A stretch of 61,766 nt of DNA from the NCBI GenBank assembly GCA_964607375.1, contig CAZSJY010000002.1, forward strand, positions 1-61,766, in the 5' to 3' direction. The translations under genes and the position numbers were made by a program. The notes below the pieces were generated by a model. That model did no database searches and had not been told where the DNA came from. It was given only the letters and a program-made list of their open reading frames with translations. How positions within the stretch are numbered: position 1 is the stretch's first letter; every line of letters begins with the position of its first letter. The stretch comes from an uncultured bacterium. GTDB taxonomy: Bacteria > Fidelibacterota > Marinisomatia > SCGC-AAA003-L08 > JACNLC01. Of the stretch, positions 18,494 through 26,602 are shown piece by piece.

Positions 18494-18529
18494 TATTTAC
18501 AATATTACTTCTTAAGAAGGGAATCTAGA

Positions 18530-18916
18530 ATGAACTACGGTTATTTTCGAAATGTATCACTATCATTTCAAGAATCAGAAGAAAATCTCAAATCAGAACT
18601 AAAAAAACAAGGCTTCGGCCTGATGACTGAAGTTGATGTTCAAAAGACGATAAAAGACAAACTCAATGAGGATTATAAACAATATAAAATACTTGGAGTT
18701 TGCAATCCACCTCTAGCTCACAAAGCATTGCTAACTGAACCGGATATTGGACTTTTACTTCCTTGTAACCTTATTATTGTAGATAATGAAGATGGAACAA
18801 CCAAGATTGGAGCAATTGATACAAATTCTATCGTTAAAATTACCGGTAGAGAAGATATGAATGTGATGGCAAAACAAGTAAATGAACTATTGCAAAATGC
18901 GGTAAATTCAGTATGA
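18530..18916 (+). CDS. DUF302 domain protein
   Basis: The pattern FGLMTEVDVQKTIKDKL...YKILGVCNP...LLPCNLIIV is typical of DUF302. Confidence 0.7.
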   Translation: MNYGYFRNVSLSFQESEENLKSELKKQGFGLMTEVDVQKTIKDKLNEDYKQYKILGVCNPPLAHKALLTEPDIGLLLPCNLIIVDNEDGTTKIGAIDTNSIVKITGREDMNVMAKQVNELLQNAVNSV

Positions 18917-19065
18917 TGGACTGGTTATACCTTGCAATAATATTTGGTTGTTGGTTTCTCTTGAATCGTTGGATGTTGAAGAAAGGCGTTTCAACTTGAG
19001 GAGCACCATTTAACAGCCAGGATGACTGTGAAGAAGATAAATTGGAAGAAAACAATAGGAGTTAG
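18913..19065 (+). CDS. Hypothetical small TM protein. It is either a 28-aa product ending at TGA 18997 or a 50-aa Sec-containing product (…KKGVST-U-GAPFNSQDDCEED…)
   Basis: The start overlaps the DUF302 stop (ATGA). It has one TM helix. An in-frame UGA is followed by 21 open codons containing a Cys, and only a weak hairpin lies downstream. Confidence 0.3.
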
Positions 19066-19072
19066 TTAAACA

Positions 19073-19276
19073 ATGCCTATTTACGACTACAAATGCAAAT
19101 CTTGTGGAAATAAATATTCTGCCTTAGTTCAATCATTTTCAACGAGTGATGATAAAGTAAAATGTCCTGAATGTGATAAATTTGAATCTACTCGAGAACT
19201 ATCACTTAAAACTACAATTGGGTCAACATCCACAAGCGATGGCTGTTCAGCACATCCCGGAAGTGGATTTTCATGA
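19073..19276 (+). CDS. FmdB-family zinc-ribbon protein (CxxC...CxxC), possibly extended by Sec-Gly to 19282
   Basis: The N-terminus MPIYDYKCKSCG...KCPECD and a Ser/Thr-rich tail are present. The stop TGA is followed by GGT TAA and by a SECIS-like hairpin at 19277-19311. Confidence 0.75.
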   Translation: MPIYDYKCKSCGNKYSALVQSFSTSDDKVKCPECDKFESTRELSLKTTIGSTSTSDGCSAHPGSGFS

Positions 19277-19311
19277 GGTTAAAAAATATCACCAAGTTTG
19301 GTGTATTAACC
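19277..19311 (+). promoter_or_regulatory. Hairpin 3' of the zinc-ribbon gene UGA. It is either SECIS-like or a terminator without a U-tract
   Basis: The structure is GGUUAA/UUAACC (6 bp), internal loop AAAAUAU/UA, then CACCAA/UUGGUG with G19296 and U19297 at the apex. These are nt 23 and 24 from the U of UGA. No T-run follows. Confidence 0.45.
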
Positions 19312-19361
19312 GTAAATTACTCACTTGAATTTAACATCAATAATCAAATGAAGGGAAAAAG

Positions 19362-19850
19362 ATGAAAAATCTAGTTAAAATTAGTGTCATTAGTTTAATT
19401 GCAATGTTTGTATTGGTTAGCTGTAAAAGTGAAGTTAAAACTGAAACAGGATCAACAATAATTCCGTTAGAGAAATTTGAAGAAATGGCTCCGAACTTTG
19501 TGAATAAAACTGTTGTAACATCTGGAATTGTAGATCATATTTGTAAACACGGTGGTAAAAAACTACTATTGGTTTCTGATGATTTCAGTTTACATATTTT
19601 TGCTGAAGAAAGATTTAGCGACGACATCGTTGGTCAAATTGTTGAAATTACCGGCACTTTGGGTGAGGATATTATTGATGAAGCAACTTTCCAACAATGG
19701 GAAGACGATGCAAGTACTATGGAAGAACACGACCGCAAAATGGGAATTTTAGACTATGTTTCAATGATGCGTGATTCTCTTCAGGCAAGTGGGAAAGACC
19801 ATTTTTCAGATTATTACATAACTTATATCTCTCATAAAGTAACAGAATAG
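19362..19850 (+). CDS. Hypothetical lipoprotein
   Basis: It has a signal peptide with the lipobox-like sequence LVSC and no recognised domain. Confidence 0.45.
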   Translation: MKNLVKISVISLIAMFVLVSCKSEVKTETGSTIIPLEKFEEMAPNFVNKTVVTSGIVDHICKHGGKKLLLVSDDFSLHIFAEERFSDDIVGQIVEITGTLGEDIIDEATFQQWEDDASTMEEHDRKMGILDYVSMMRDSLQASGKDHFSDYYITYISHKVTE

Positions 19851-19861
19851 TTTTCATAACG

Positions 19862-20413
19862 ATGAAACAAGTCAGAAAGTGGAGCAGAATCCTCCACCGA
19901 GATATTGGATATATTTTTATTGGAACCTCTATCATTTTTGGAATTTCCGGTATTGCTCTCAATCATATGAACGATTGGAATCCGAATTATACTGTAGAAA
20001 ACAAAAAATTCACAACAAGTATCAATTTGACAAAAGGTATTGCAACAAAAGAAGATGTAGTAAATTTAGTTACTGAAATTTCTGGCAGTAAATATATGAG
20101 CCATTATTATCCACAGACTAATTGGATAAAGATATTTCTAAAAGGAGGTTCTTCCATTGTGTTGAATACTACAACCAAAACGGGACATGCTGAATTCCTC
20201 AAAAAACGACCGGTTTTTTACGAGGTGAATTATTTGCATTACAATCCAAATCGTTGGTGGACTTGGTTCTCGGATATATTTTCAGCATCTTTGATTCTGT
20301 TTGCAGTAACATCGTTCTTTATGGTTAGAGGTAAAAAAGGAATCACCGGAAGAGGAGGAATCTATACTTTGATTGGTATTGTAATTCCGATTTTGTTTTT
20401 GATTTATTCTTAA
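19862..20413 (+). CDS. PepSY-associated TM helix-type membrane protein
   Basis: The N-terminus KWSRILHRDIGYIFIGTSIIFGISGIALNH is typical of PepSY_TM proteins. A second TM pair lies at the C-terminus. Confidence 0.5.
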   Translation: MKQVRKWSRILHRDIGYIFIGTSIIFGISGIALNHMNDWNPNYTVENKKFTTSINLTKGIATKEDVVNLVTEISGSKYMSHYYPQTNWIKIFLKGGSSIVLNTTTKTGHAEFLKKRPVFYEVNYLHYNPNRWWTWFSDIFSASLILFAVTSFFMVRGKKGITGRGGIYTLIGIVIPILFLIYS

Positions 20414-20452
20414 CTTTTCACTTTAAAAACTTTAAACTAAAATGGAGAAATT

Positions 20453-23341
20453 TTGAAACGAATAATCTCATTTATCACATTCTTGTCATTATCTTTTGCT
20501 CTAGGTCCGTGGACCTGGACAGGTAGAACTCATTCTGAGTTAGATTGGAAAGTTGTTGAAACAGAACATTTCAATATCTATTATCATCAAGGAATTGAAG
20601 ATATTTCTAAAAAAGGCGCTTTGATTGCTGAGCAAGTATATCAACCGATAATGGATCAAATTGAATGTGAAGATTTCGGGAAAACTGATATTGTCTTTAC
20701 CTCAGAAGATGAAATCCTCAACGGTTATGCGATGCCTACCAATATGATTTTTATATGGGTCAGCCAGAATGATGTTGCTGGCAGATTTGGTGGGACTATG
20801 AAGTGGTTACGATTGGTTGTTGCACACGAATTTCAACATATTGCAATGATGAATGTCCTGAAAAATTGGATGGGAGTTCTTGGAATGTTGGAAATTCCTT
20901 CGTGGTTCATTGAGGGAACTGCAGAATATTATACAGAGAAATGGAGGGTTGGACGAAGTGATATGAAGATGAAAATCCATACTTACAAGAATACAATGGC
21001 TCAACTCAATCCTCACGATGATGGATATGCCAAAGTTCTTTATATGGCAGATAAATATGGAGATTCTACGATTACAAAAATCGTTCATCACAAAGAATAT
21101 TATTTTAATTTTGGCGAGAAGAAATATTTCTCCAAAGCGTATGATTTGGAAAAAGCATTCAAAGAAGTTACAGGTCAACCACTAAAAGATTTTGAAGAAG
21201 AATGGCGACGAGTAATGAACACCTATTATTACAGTTATAAAGGTCAAAAAGAAGGAGTAGATGAAATTGGTGAATCGCTGAAAATAGATGGAGTGAGTGA
21301 AGTTAAATTTGTTTCCATTTCTCATGATAGTTCAAAAATTGCGGTAGTGGGGAAGAAGTCTGATTCAATGTGGGATTATAGCCTATATACTGTAACGACA
21401 GATACAAATCATACAGTAACAGAAATCCATTATGGTTCATTTTGTTCTGCACCTGCTTGGTCGCCAGATGGTAAAATGATTTTAATTGGTGAAAAACACA
21501 GAGGTTCTTACGGTTCGTTGATTAATGACATTCGGATTATGGATGAAGATGGGAATAATTGTCGTTGGTTAACTCAAAATCAACGAGCAAATGACCCACA
21601 ATTTTCACCTGATGGCACACAAATATCTTACATTGCTCATCCGGGAGAAACTACTCAAATATGGTTATGTGATCTTGATGATAATAATTTTAAACAATTG
21701 ACTAATTTTGAAGGTGATATTCAAGTGCAAGACCCTGTATGGTCACCTACCGGAAATATGTTGGCGTTTACGATTCAGGACGAATCCGGTGCTGTAGATA
21801 TTGCTACAATCAATAGAGACGGAACGAGATTCCAAAATATTACGAGAGATATTTATGAAGATTTATCTCCGGTTTGGTCAGCTGATGGAACAGAATTGAT
21901 ATTTACTTCATTCAGAAATTCTACTCCAAATTTATACCGAGTATCTGTTAATGGCGGTAAAATTATACAAATGACAGATGTTGCAGAAGGTGTGTTTACC
22001 GAGCAAACCATTCCAAACAGTGGAAACATCCTAGCTACTACATTGGCAGATGTGGATACAACTCGGATTATCAGTATTGCATTAGATAGAGAAATTGAAG
22101 AATTGTCGCTAAATATCAGAAACAGATATACCAATTGGAGAACAAAATCACCTGATATCCAAATACCTGAAATTGATTACGAGAACTATCCAGAAATGTC
22201 TGAACCAAAAAAATATTCCGCATTAAAAACTACCCGTCCAATATTGTGGTTGATATATCCTGATTATGAATATTTTGGTGGATTTGGTGCGTTTACCGAT
22301 GCAATGGGTAAACACTTATTTCAGGGAATGTTTTACCAGCCATACGATACGCAAGAAGAGGGTGGTGTGATTCTTGGATATATGACTGCAAAATTCAGAC
22401 CGATTTTGTCTTTTGCTTATCTTTACAATTTTGATGGACAGATAAGAGAATACGAAGGCAATTTACTTTTTGAGAGAATAGACGGTTTGCAAGGTGTTGC
22501 AAGTTTCCAAATGAATGCAGGTAATTCGTTATCATCCAATCACAATTTAATGCTAAGTACTAAAATCCAAAACCGGACTTTAGGTTGGATGGGTGATTCA
22601 TTTGAAAGTTATTTTACAAAACCACCAAAATCTCTAAAAGAAGCTTTGTTCGGTATCAAATATGTTTGGAAGAAGCAACGACTTCATAAACAACAATCGT
22701 ATCTTCCAAGGAATGGAACCGGAGCATCTGTATTCATTGAAAAAGGCATATCATCAGTTTATGGAGATTCAGATATCCTCCGTTCTGAAGCAGAGATTTT
22801 TCATCATCAAGGGTTACCGTTCTTCCGAAGTACAATGTTTAGCAGAATCAAATATGCAGGTTTATCTGATAATGTTCTCCCTCAAGATAGAATCGGATTG
22901 GTAACTGATAAAAGTATATATCTTCCAAACAGTTTGATGATGCACCGATATGAAATCTACAATTTGAGAGGAAGTGTGGAGAATCATTTCGGAGAAAGTC
23001 TGATTTTCGGTACAGTAGAATTTAGGACTCCACTAATGCGAAAATTACCAGTTAACATCTTCGGATTGCATTTAAAAAATCTTACAACAGCCACATTTAT
23101 CGATTTTGGGCAAATCTTGACAGGTTACGAAGTTGATTTAGAAAATCCAGGGTTGTTGTCAACTTTCGGATTTGAGATAAAATCTGATGTAATATGGGGA
23201 AGTCATTTGTTTACAATGTCAGTCGGACTTGGAGGTGATGATAGTGCTTGGGAAAATGATATAAAATTATGGGATAATGGAAACTACAAACTGGAAAATG
23301 TTCAACCTTATTTCAGACTGGCGTTGGTAAGTCCGTTTTAA
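20453..23341 (+). CDS. Large outer-membrane protein combining a gluzincin-like HExxH domain, TolB/PD40-type beta-propeller repeats and a C-terminal beta-barrel
   Basis: A TTG start follows GGAG. It has a signal peptide and the motif VAHEFQH with a Glu 18 residues later. Four WSPDG-type repeats are present (PAWSPDGK, PQFSPDGT, PVWSPTGN, PVWSADGT). The terminal residues ...LALVSPF end in Phe. Confidence 0.55.
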   Translation: MKRIISFITFLSLSFALGPWTWTGRTHSELDWKVVETEHFNIYYHQGIEDISKKGALIAEQVYQPIMDQIECEDFGKTDIVFTSEDEILNGYAMPTNMIFIWVSQNDVAGRFGGTMKWLRLVVAHEFQHIAMMNVLKNWMGVLGMLEIPSWFIEGTAEYYTEKWRVGRSDMKMKIHTYKNTMAQLNPHDDGYAKVLYMADKYGDSTITKIVHHKEYYFNFGEKKYFSKAYDLEKAFKEVTGQPLKDFEEEWRRVMNTYYYSYKGQKEGVDEIGESLKIDGVSEVKFVSISHDSSKIAVVGKKSDSMWDYSLYTVTTDTNHTVTEIHYGSFCSAPAWSPDGKMILIGEKHRGSYGSLINDIRIMDEDGNNCRWLTQNQRANDPQFSPDGTQISYIAHPGETTQIWLCDLDDNNFKQLTNFEGDIQVQDPVWSPTGNMLAFTIQDESGAVDIATINRDGTRFQNITRDIYEDLSPVWSADGTELIFTSFRNSTPNLYRVSVNGGKIIQMTDVAEGVFTEQTIPNSGNILATTLADVDTTRIISIALDREIEELSLNIRNRYTNWRTKSPDIQIPEIDYENYPEMSEPKKYSALKTTRPILWLIYPDYEYFGGFGAFTDAMGKHLFQGMFYQPYDTQEEGGVILGYMTAKFRPILSFAYLYNFDGQIREYEGNLLFERIDGLQGVASFQMNAGNSLSSNHNLMLSTKIQNRTLGWMGDSFESYFTKPPKSLKEALFGIKYVWKKQRLHKQQSYLPRNGTGASVFIEKGISSVYGDSDILRSEAEIFHHQGLPFFRSTMFSRIKYAGLSDNVLPQDRIGLVTDKSIYLPNSLMMHRYEIYNLRGSVENHFGESLIFGTVEFRTPLMRKLPVNIFGLHLKNLTTATFIDFGQILTGYEVDLENPGLLSTFGFEIKSDVIWGSHLFTMSVGLGGDDSAWENDIKLWDNGNYKLENVQPYFRLALVSPF

Positions 23342-23362
23342 TGAGTTAAATTAGCTGGTAAG

Positions 23363-24037
23363 ATGAAACGGGTAATTTTCATAATAGTGGTTTTTTTATT
23401 TTTTGGATGTTCTGGTCATCCAACAATCAGCCCAAAACCATTAAGAAAGGGAGAAAGTTACAAATCACTAACATTTTCAGCTGAAACTGGCGTTCCTATT
23501 TATACTTACCGCTTAGGTTTAACAAATATGACAGATATTGGAGTTAGTTTTGGCTTACCTCTCTATGGTTCCGGTATTGATGTTAGTAGGATTTTAACTC
23601 ATTCTTCAAACAAATATCAAATGCTAAATTTATCTTATTCTTTCGCATTAAATCCCACTTTCGATGCAACTTACTACAATATAAAATCACACAAAGTTTT
23701 AACTGGGTTGATAACTTATTGGGGATTAAGAGGAAGTTTTATCCCAAAAGGTGTCTCAGGAGGAGAAAGTATAAGAATGGGAATCCTATTAGGGTATTAT
23801 AGAATGGGAAGTTGGGGATATGAATTTGGATATTTCCACGACTTTGCATCAATGCCTTTAGAAGAAGTATTTAGCACAGAACCTTATAAACCATCTGGTG
23901 GATATTACAATTTAGAACATACATCGTTCAATATTCCAAATGAAAGACATCGTTTGACAGGTTTTTCATTTAGAATTAACATACCAATTGGAGAAGAAAA
24001 AGTAAAAATCCGCAAATCGAGCAAAAAGACTCCGTGA
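23363..24037 (+). CDS. Hypothetical lipoprotein, possibly a small beta-barrel
   Basis: It has the lipobox LFFGCSG and a Gly/Tyr-rich alternating pattern. Confidence 0.4.
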   Translation: MKRVIFIIVVFLFFGCSGHPTISPKPLRKGESYKSLTFSAETGVPIYTYRLGLTNMTDIGVSFGLPLYGSGIDVSRILTHSSNKYQMLNLSYSFALNPTFDATYYNIKSHKVLTGLITYWGLRGSFIPKGVSGGESIRMGILLGYYRMGSWGYEFGYFHDFASMPLEEVFSTEPYKPSGGYYNLEHTSFNIPNERHRLTGFSFRINIPIGEEKVKIRKSSKKTP

Positions 24038-24894
24038 CTAACAAAACCGTACTAAAAGGTCTTACTAGAAATCATATATTATTATTTGTTTCCACTGTGA
24101 TAACAACTTTATCAGCTGGTGCTATTATGGCTGGTTACGATATATTTTCAAACCCACTATTGATAGTATATGGATATCCATTTTCATTCACACTAATGTT
24201 GATTTTGGGATGCCACGAATTTGGTCATTATTATTTTGCAAGAAAACACCATGTTGATGCGACTCTTCCATATTTCATTCCTGTTCCTCCACCTATAACA
24301 ATCATTGGGACATTTGGTGCATTTATAAAAATGCGTGGTATGATTCCAAATCGTAGAGCATTATTGGAAATAGGTGCATCCGGTCCTATTGCTGGATTTA
24401 TTGTTGCAGTTCCAATGTTGTTTATTGGGCTCAATTTATCAACCATAGTGGACTTGGAAATAGTTGAGGTTGGATTTATGTTAGGAGATTCCATTTTACT
24501 TAAGTTAGCTACAACTGCAGTATTTCCTAATCTACCTGAGAACTCAGATATTTTACTTCATCCCATAGCTTTTGCCGGATGGATAGGATTATTTGTTACA
24601 ATGCTAAATTTGATTCCAATCGGGCAATTAGATGGTGGTCATATTGCCTATGCATTACTTGGGAGAAACCACAATAAATTAGCTCAGTCAATGTTTGTTG
24701 CTTTAGTATTAATGGGTATTTTTTTATCGCTAAACTGGTTAATTTGGGCAATCCTAATTTTGTTCTTAATGCGTTCTGTTCAACATCCACCTATTTACGG
24801 GATTGAGAAACCATTGGGAAAGAATGAAAAATTAATAGGTTGGGTTTGCCTTATTATCTTTGTTTTATGTTTTGTACCAACCCCTTTCGGATAG
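24034..24894 (+). CDS. Site-2 protease (M50) family membrane metalloprotease
   Basis: The motif HEFGHYYFAR and the distal NLIPIGQLDGGH are present. The protein is polytopic. Confidence 0.8.
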   Translation: MTNKTVLKGLTRNHILLFVSTVITTLSAGAIMAGYDIFSNPLLIVYGYPFSFTLMLILGCHEFGHYYFARKHHVDATLPYFIPVPPPITIIGTFGAFIKMRGMIPNRRALLEIGASGPIAGFIVAVPMLFIGLNLSTIVDLEIVEVGFMLGDSILLKLATTAVFPNLPENSDILLHPIAFAGWIGLFVTMLNLIPIGQLDGGHIAYALLGRNHNKLAQSMFVALVLMGIFLSLNWLIWAILILFLMRSVQHPPIYGIEKPLGKNEKLIGWVCLIIFVLCFVPTPFG

Positions 24895-25087
24895 AACAAT
24901 ATTTTAGTAATAAAATGTTCTTTAGGGTTATTATTTTCGGAATTTATAAATAGCTGACATTCAAAACGGTCTTTTCGACTCAGAATAATTACAAGTAATA
25001 TCATTTGATAATTTTCTGATTTTACTCTATAAAAAAACTCTGAAATGTTCTAAATTTAAGTTAACAAAAATAAGGATATTGGATTAA

Positions 25088-26602
25088 ATGCTTAAGTTTA
25101 TCCTGATAATTCTCGATGGCTTCGGATTACGAGATGAAAAGGAAGCCAATGCGTATGCTTTAGCAAATACACCTAATTTGGATAAGTTGTTGTCCGAAAA
25201 GCCAATGGCTAATTTGGAAACATCTGGAAATGCTGTAGGTTTACCTGATGGAGTAATGGGGAATTCAGAGGTTGGTCATACAAACATAGGTGCCGGTCGA
25301 GTTGTCAAACAAGATTTAGTAAAAATTAATGATGATATCCAGACTAATTCACTCATTAAAAATACTAAACTCATCCAACTTTTCAACAGAGTAAAGCAAA
25401 ACAATTCAACTCTTCACTTGATGGGTCTATTAAGTGACGGCGGAGTACATAGTCAAACCAATCACCTGAAATATGTTTTGAAATCAGCAAAAGATTTTGG
25501 AGTTCAAGATATAGCAATTCACGCAATTACTGATGGCAGAGATACACCTCCAAAAAGTGGAATTGATTATGTGCACGATTTACAAAACTTCGTTGATGAG
25601 TTAGCTATTGGCAGAATCACTACTATTTGCGGTCGATATTATACAATGGACAGAGATAAAAGGTGGGACAGAGTTGAAAAAGGGTATCGATTGATGGTTT
25701 ATGGTGATGGTGAAGCATTTGATAATCCGATTTCAGCTATTGAACATTCTTATTCAAAAAAAGTTACAGATGAGTTTATTACCCCAAAATTAATTAACAA
25801 ACCAAATCCAATAAAAAATGGAGATGGAGTATTAGCTTTCAATTTTCGTGCAGATAGGATGAGAGAAATATCAATAGCATTTACTGAAAATGAGTTCACT
25901 GAATTTCAAACGAAGAAACTCGATTTGGAATATATGAGTATGACTCAATACAAAGAGTCATTTCAATTTCCGGTTTTATTCCCTCCTGAAGAATTAAACG
26001 ATATATTTCCTGAAGTATTATCAAAATTAGGATTTAGTCAACTCAGAATAGCCGAAACAGAAAAATATGCTCATATAACTTACTTTTTGAATGGAGGAAA
26101 TGAAAAAATATTTCAGGGTGAAGATAGAATATTAGTCCCATCACCAAAAGTAGCTACATACGATTTACAACCAGAAATGAGTGCAATTGAGGTTACTGAG
26201 AAAGTTATTGAAGCTATTCAGTCAGATAAGTATGATGCTATGTTTTTGAATTATGCAAATCCAGATATGGTTGGTCATACTGGAATACTATCTTCTGCAA
26301 TAAAAGCAATAGAAATAGTCGATGAATGTGTGGGACAGGTAATAGGTTTTGTAAGGTCAAAAGGTGCAACTACATTTTTAACAGCTGACCATGGTAACTT
26401 AGAGATGATGGAAAATCCAGACACAGGAGAACCGTTTACCTCACACACACTTTCACCTGTACCTTTTGTAGTAGATTCACCCAATTCAGATATAACGCTT
26501 AGTCGTAATGGAGTTTTAGCTGACATTGCGCCTACAATTTTGGAGTTTTTGGATTTTGAACAACCAAGAGTAATGACTGGCAAGAGTTTGTTAATTAAAT
26601 GA
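25088..26602 (+). CDS. gpmI: 2,3-bisphosphoglycerate-independent phosphoglycerate mutase
   Basis: Motifs LIILDGFG, NSEVGHTNIGAGR, ITDGRDT, NYANPDMVGHTG and TADHGN are present. Confidence 0.9.
   Translation: MLKFILIILDGFGLRDEKEANAYALANTPNLDKLLSEKPMANLETSGNAVGLPDGVMGNSEVGHTNIGAGRVVKQDLVKINDDIQTNSLIKNTKLIQLFNRVKQNNSTLHLMGLLSDGGVHSQTNHLKYVLKSAKDFGVQDIAIHAITDGRDTPPKSGIDYVHDLQNFVDELAIGRITTICGRYYTMDRDKRWDRVEKGYRLMVYGDGEAFDNPISAIEHSYSKKVTDEFITPKLINKPNPIKNGDGVLAFNFRADRMREISIAFTENEFTEFQTKKLDLEYMSMTQYKESFQFPVLFPPEELNDIFPEVLSKLGFSQLRIAETEKYAHITYFLNGGNEKIFQGEDRILVPSPKVATYDLQPEMSAIEVTEKVIEAIQSDKYDAMFLNYANPDMVGHTGILSSAIKAIEIVDECVGQVIGFVRSKGATTFLTADHGNLEMMENPDTGEPFTSHTLSPVPFVVDSPNSDITLSRNGVLADIAPTILEFLDFEQPRVMTGKSLLIK

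Noticed and set aside
18491-18532. The TGA stop of the GCxxGxC membrane gene is in frame with the DUF302 ORF.
   Set aside because: The UGA lies inside the 5' arm of the hairpin, and the loop is only about 7-9 nt downstream, far from SECIS spacing. DUF302 has its own ATG and a normal N-terminus.
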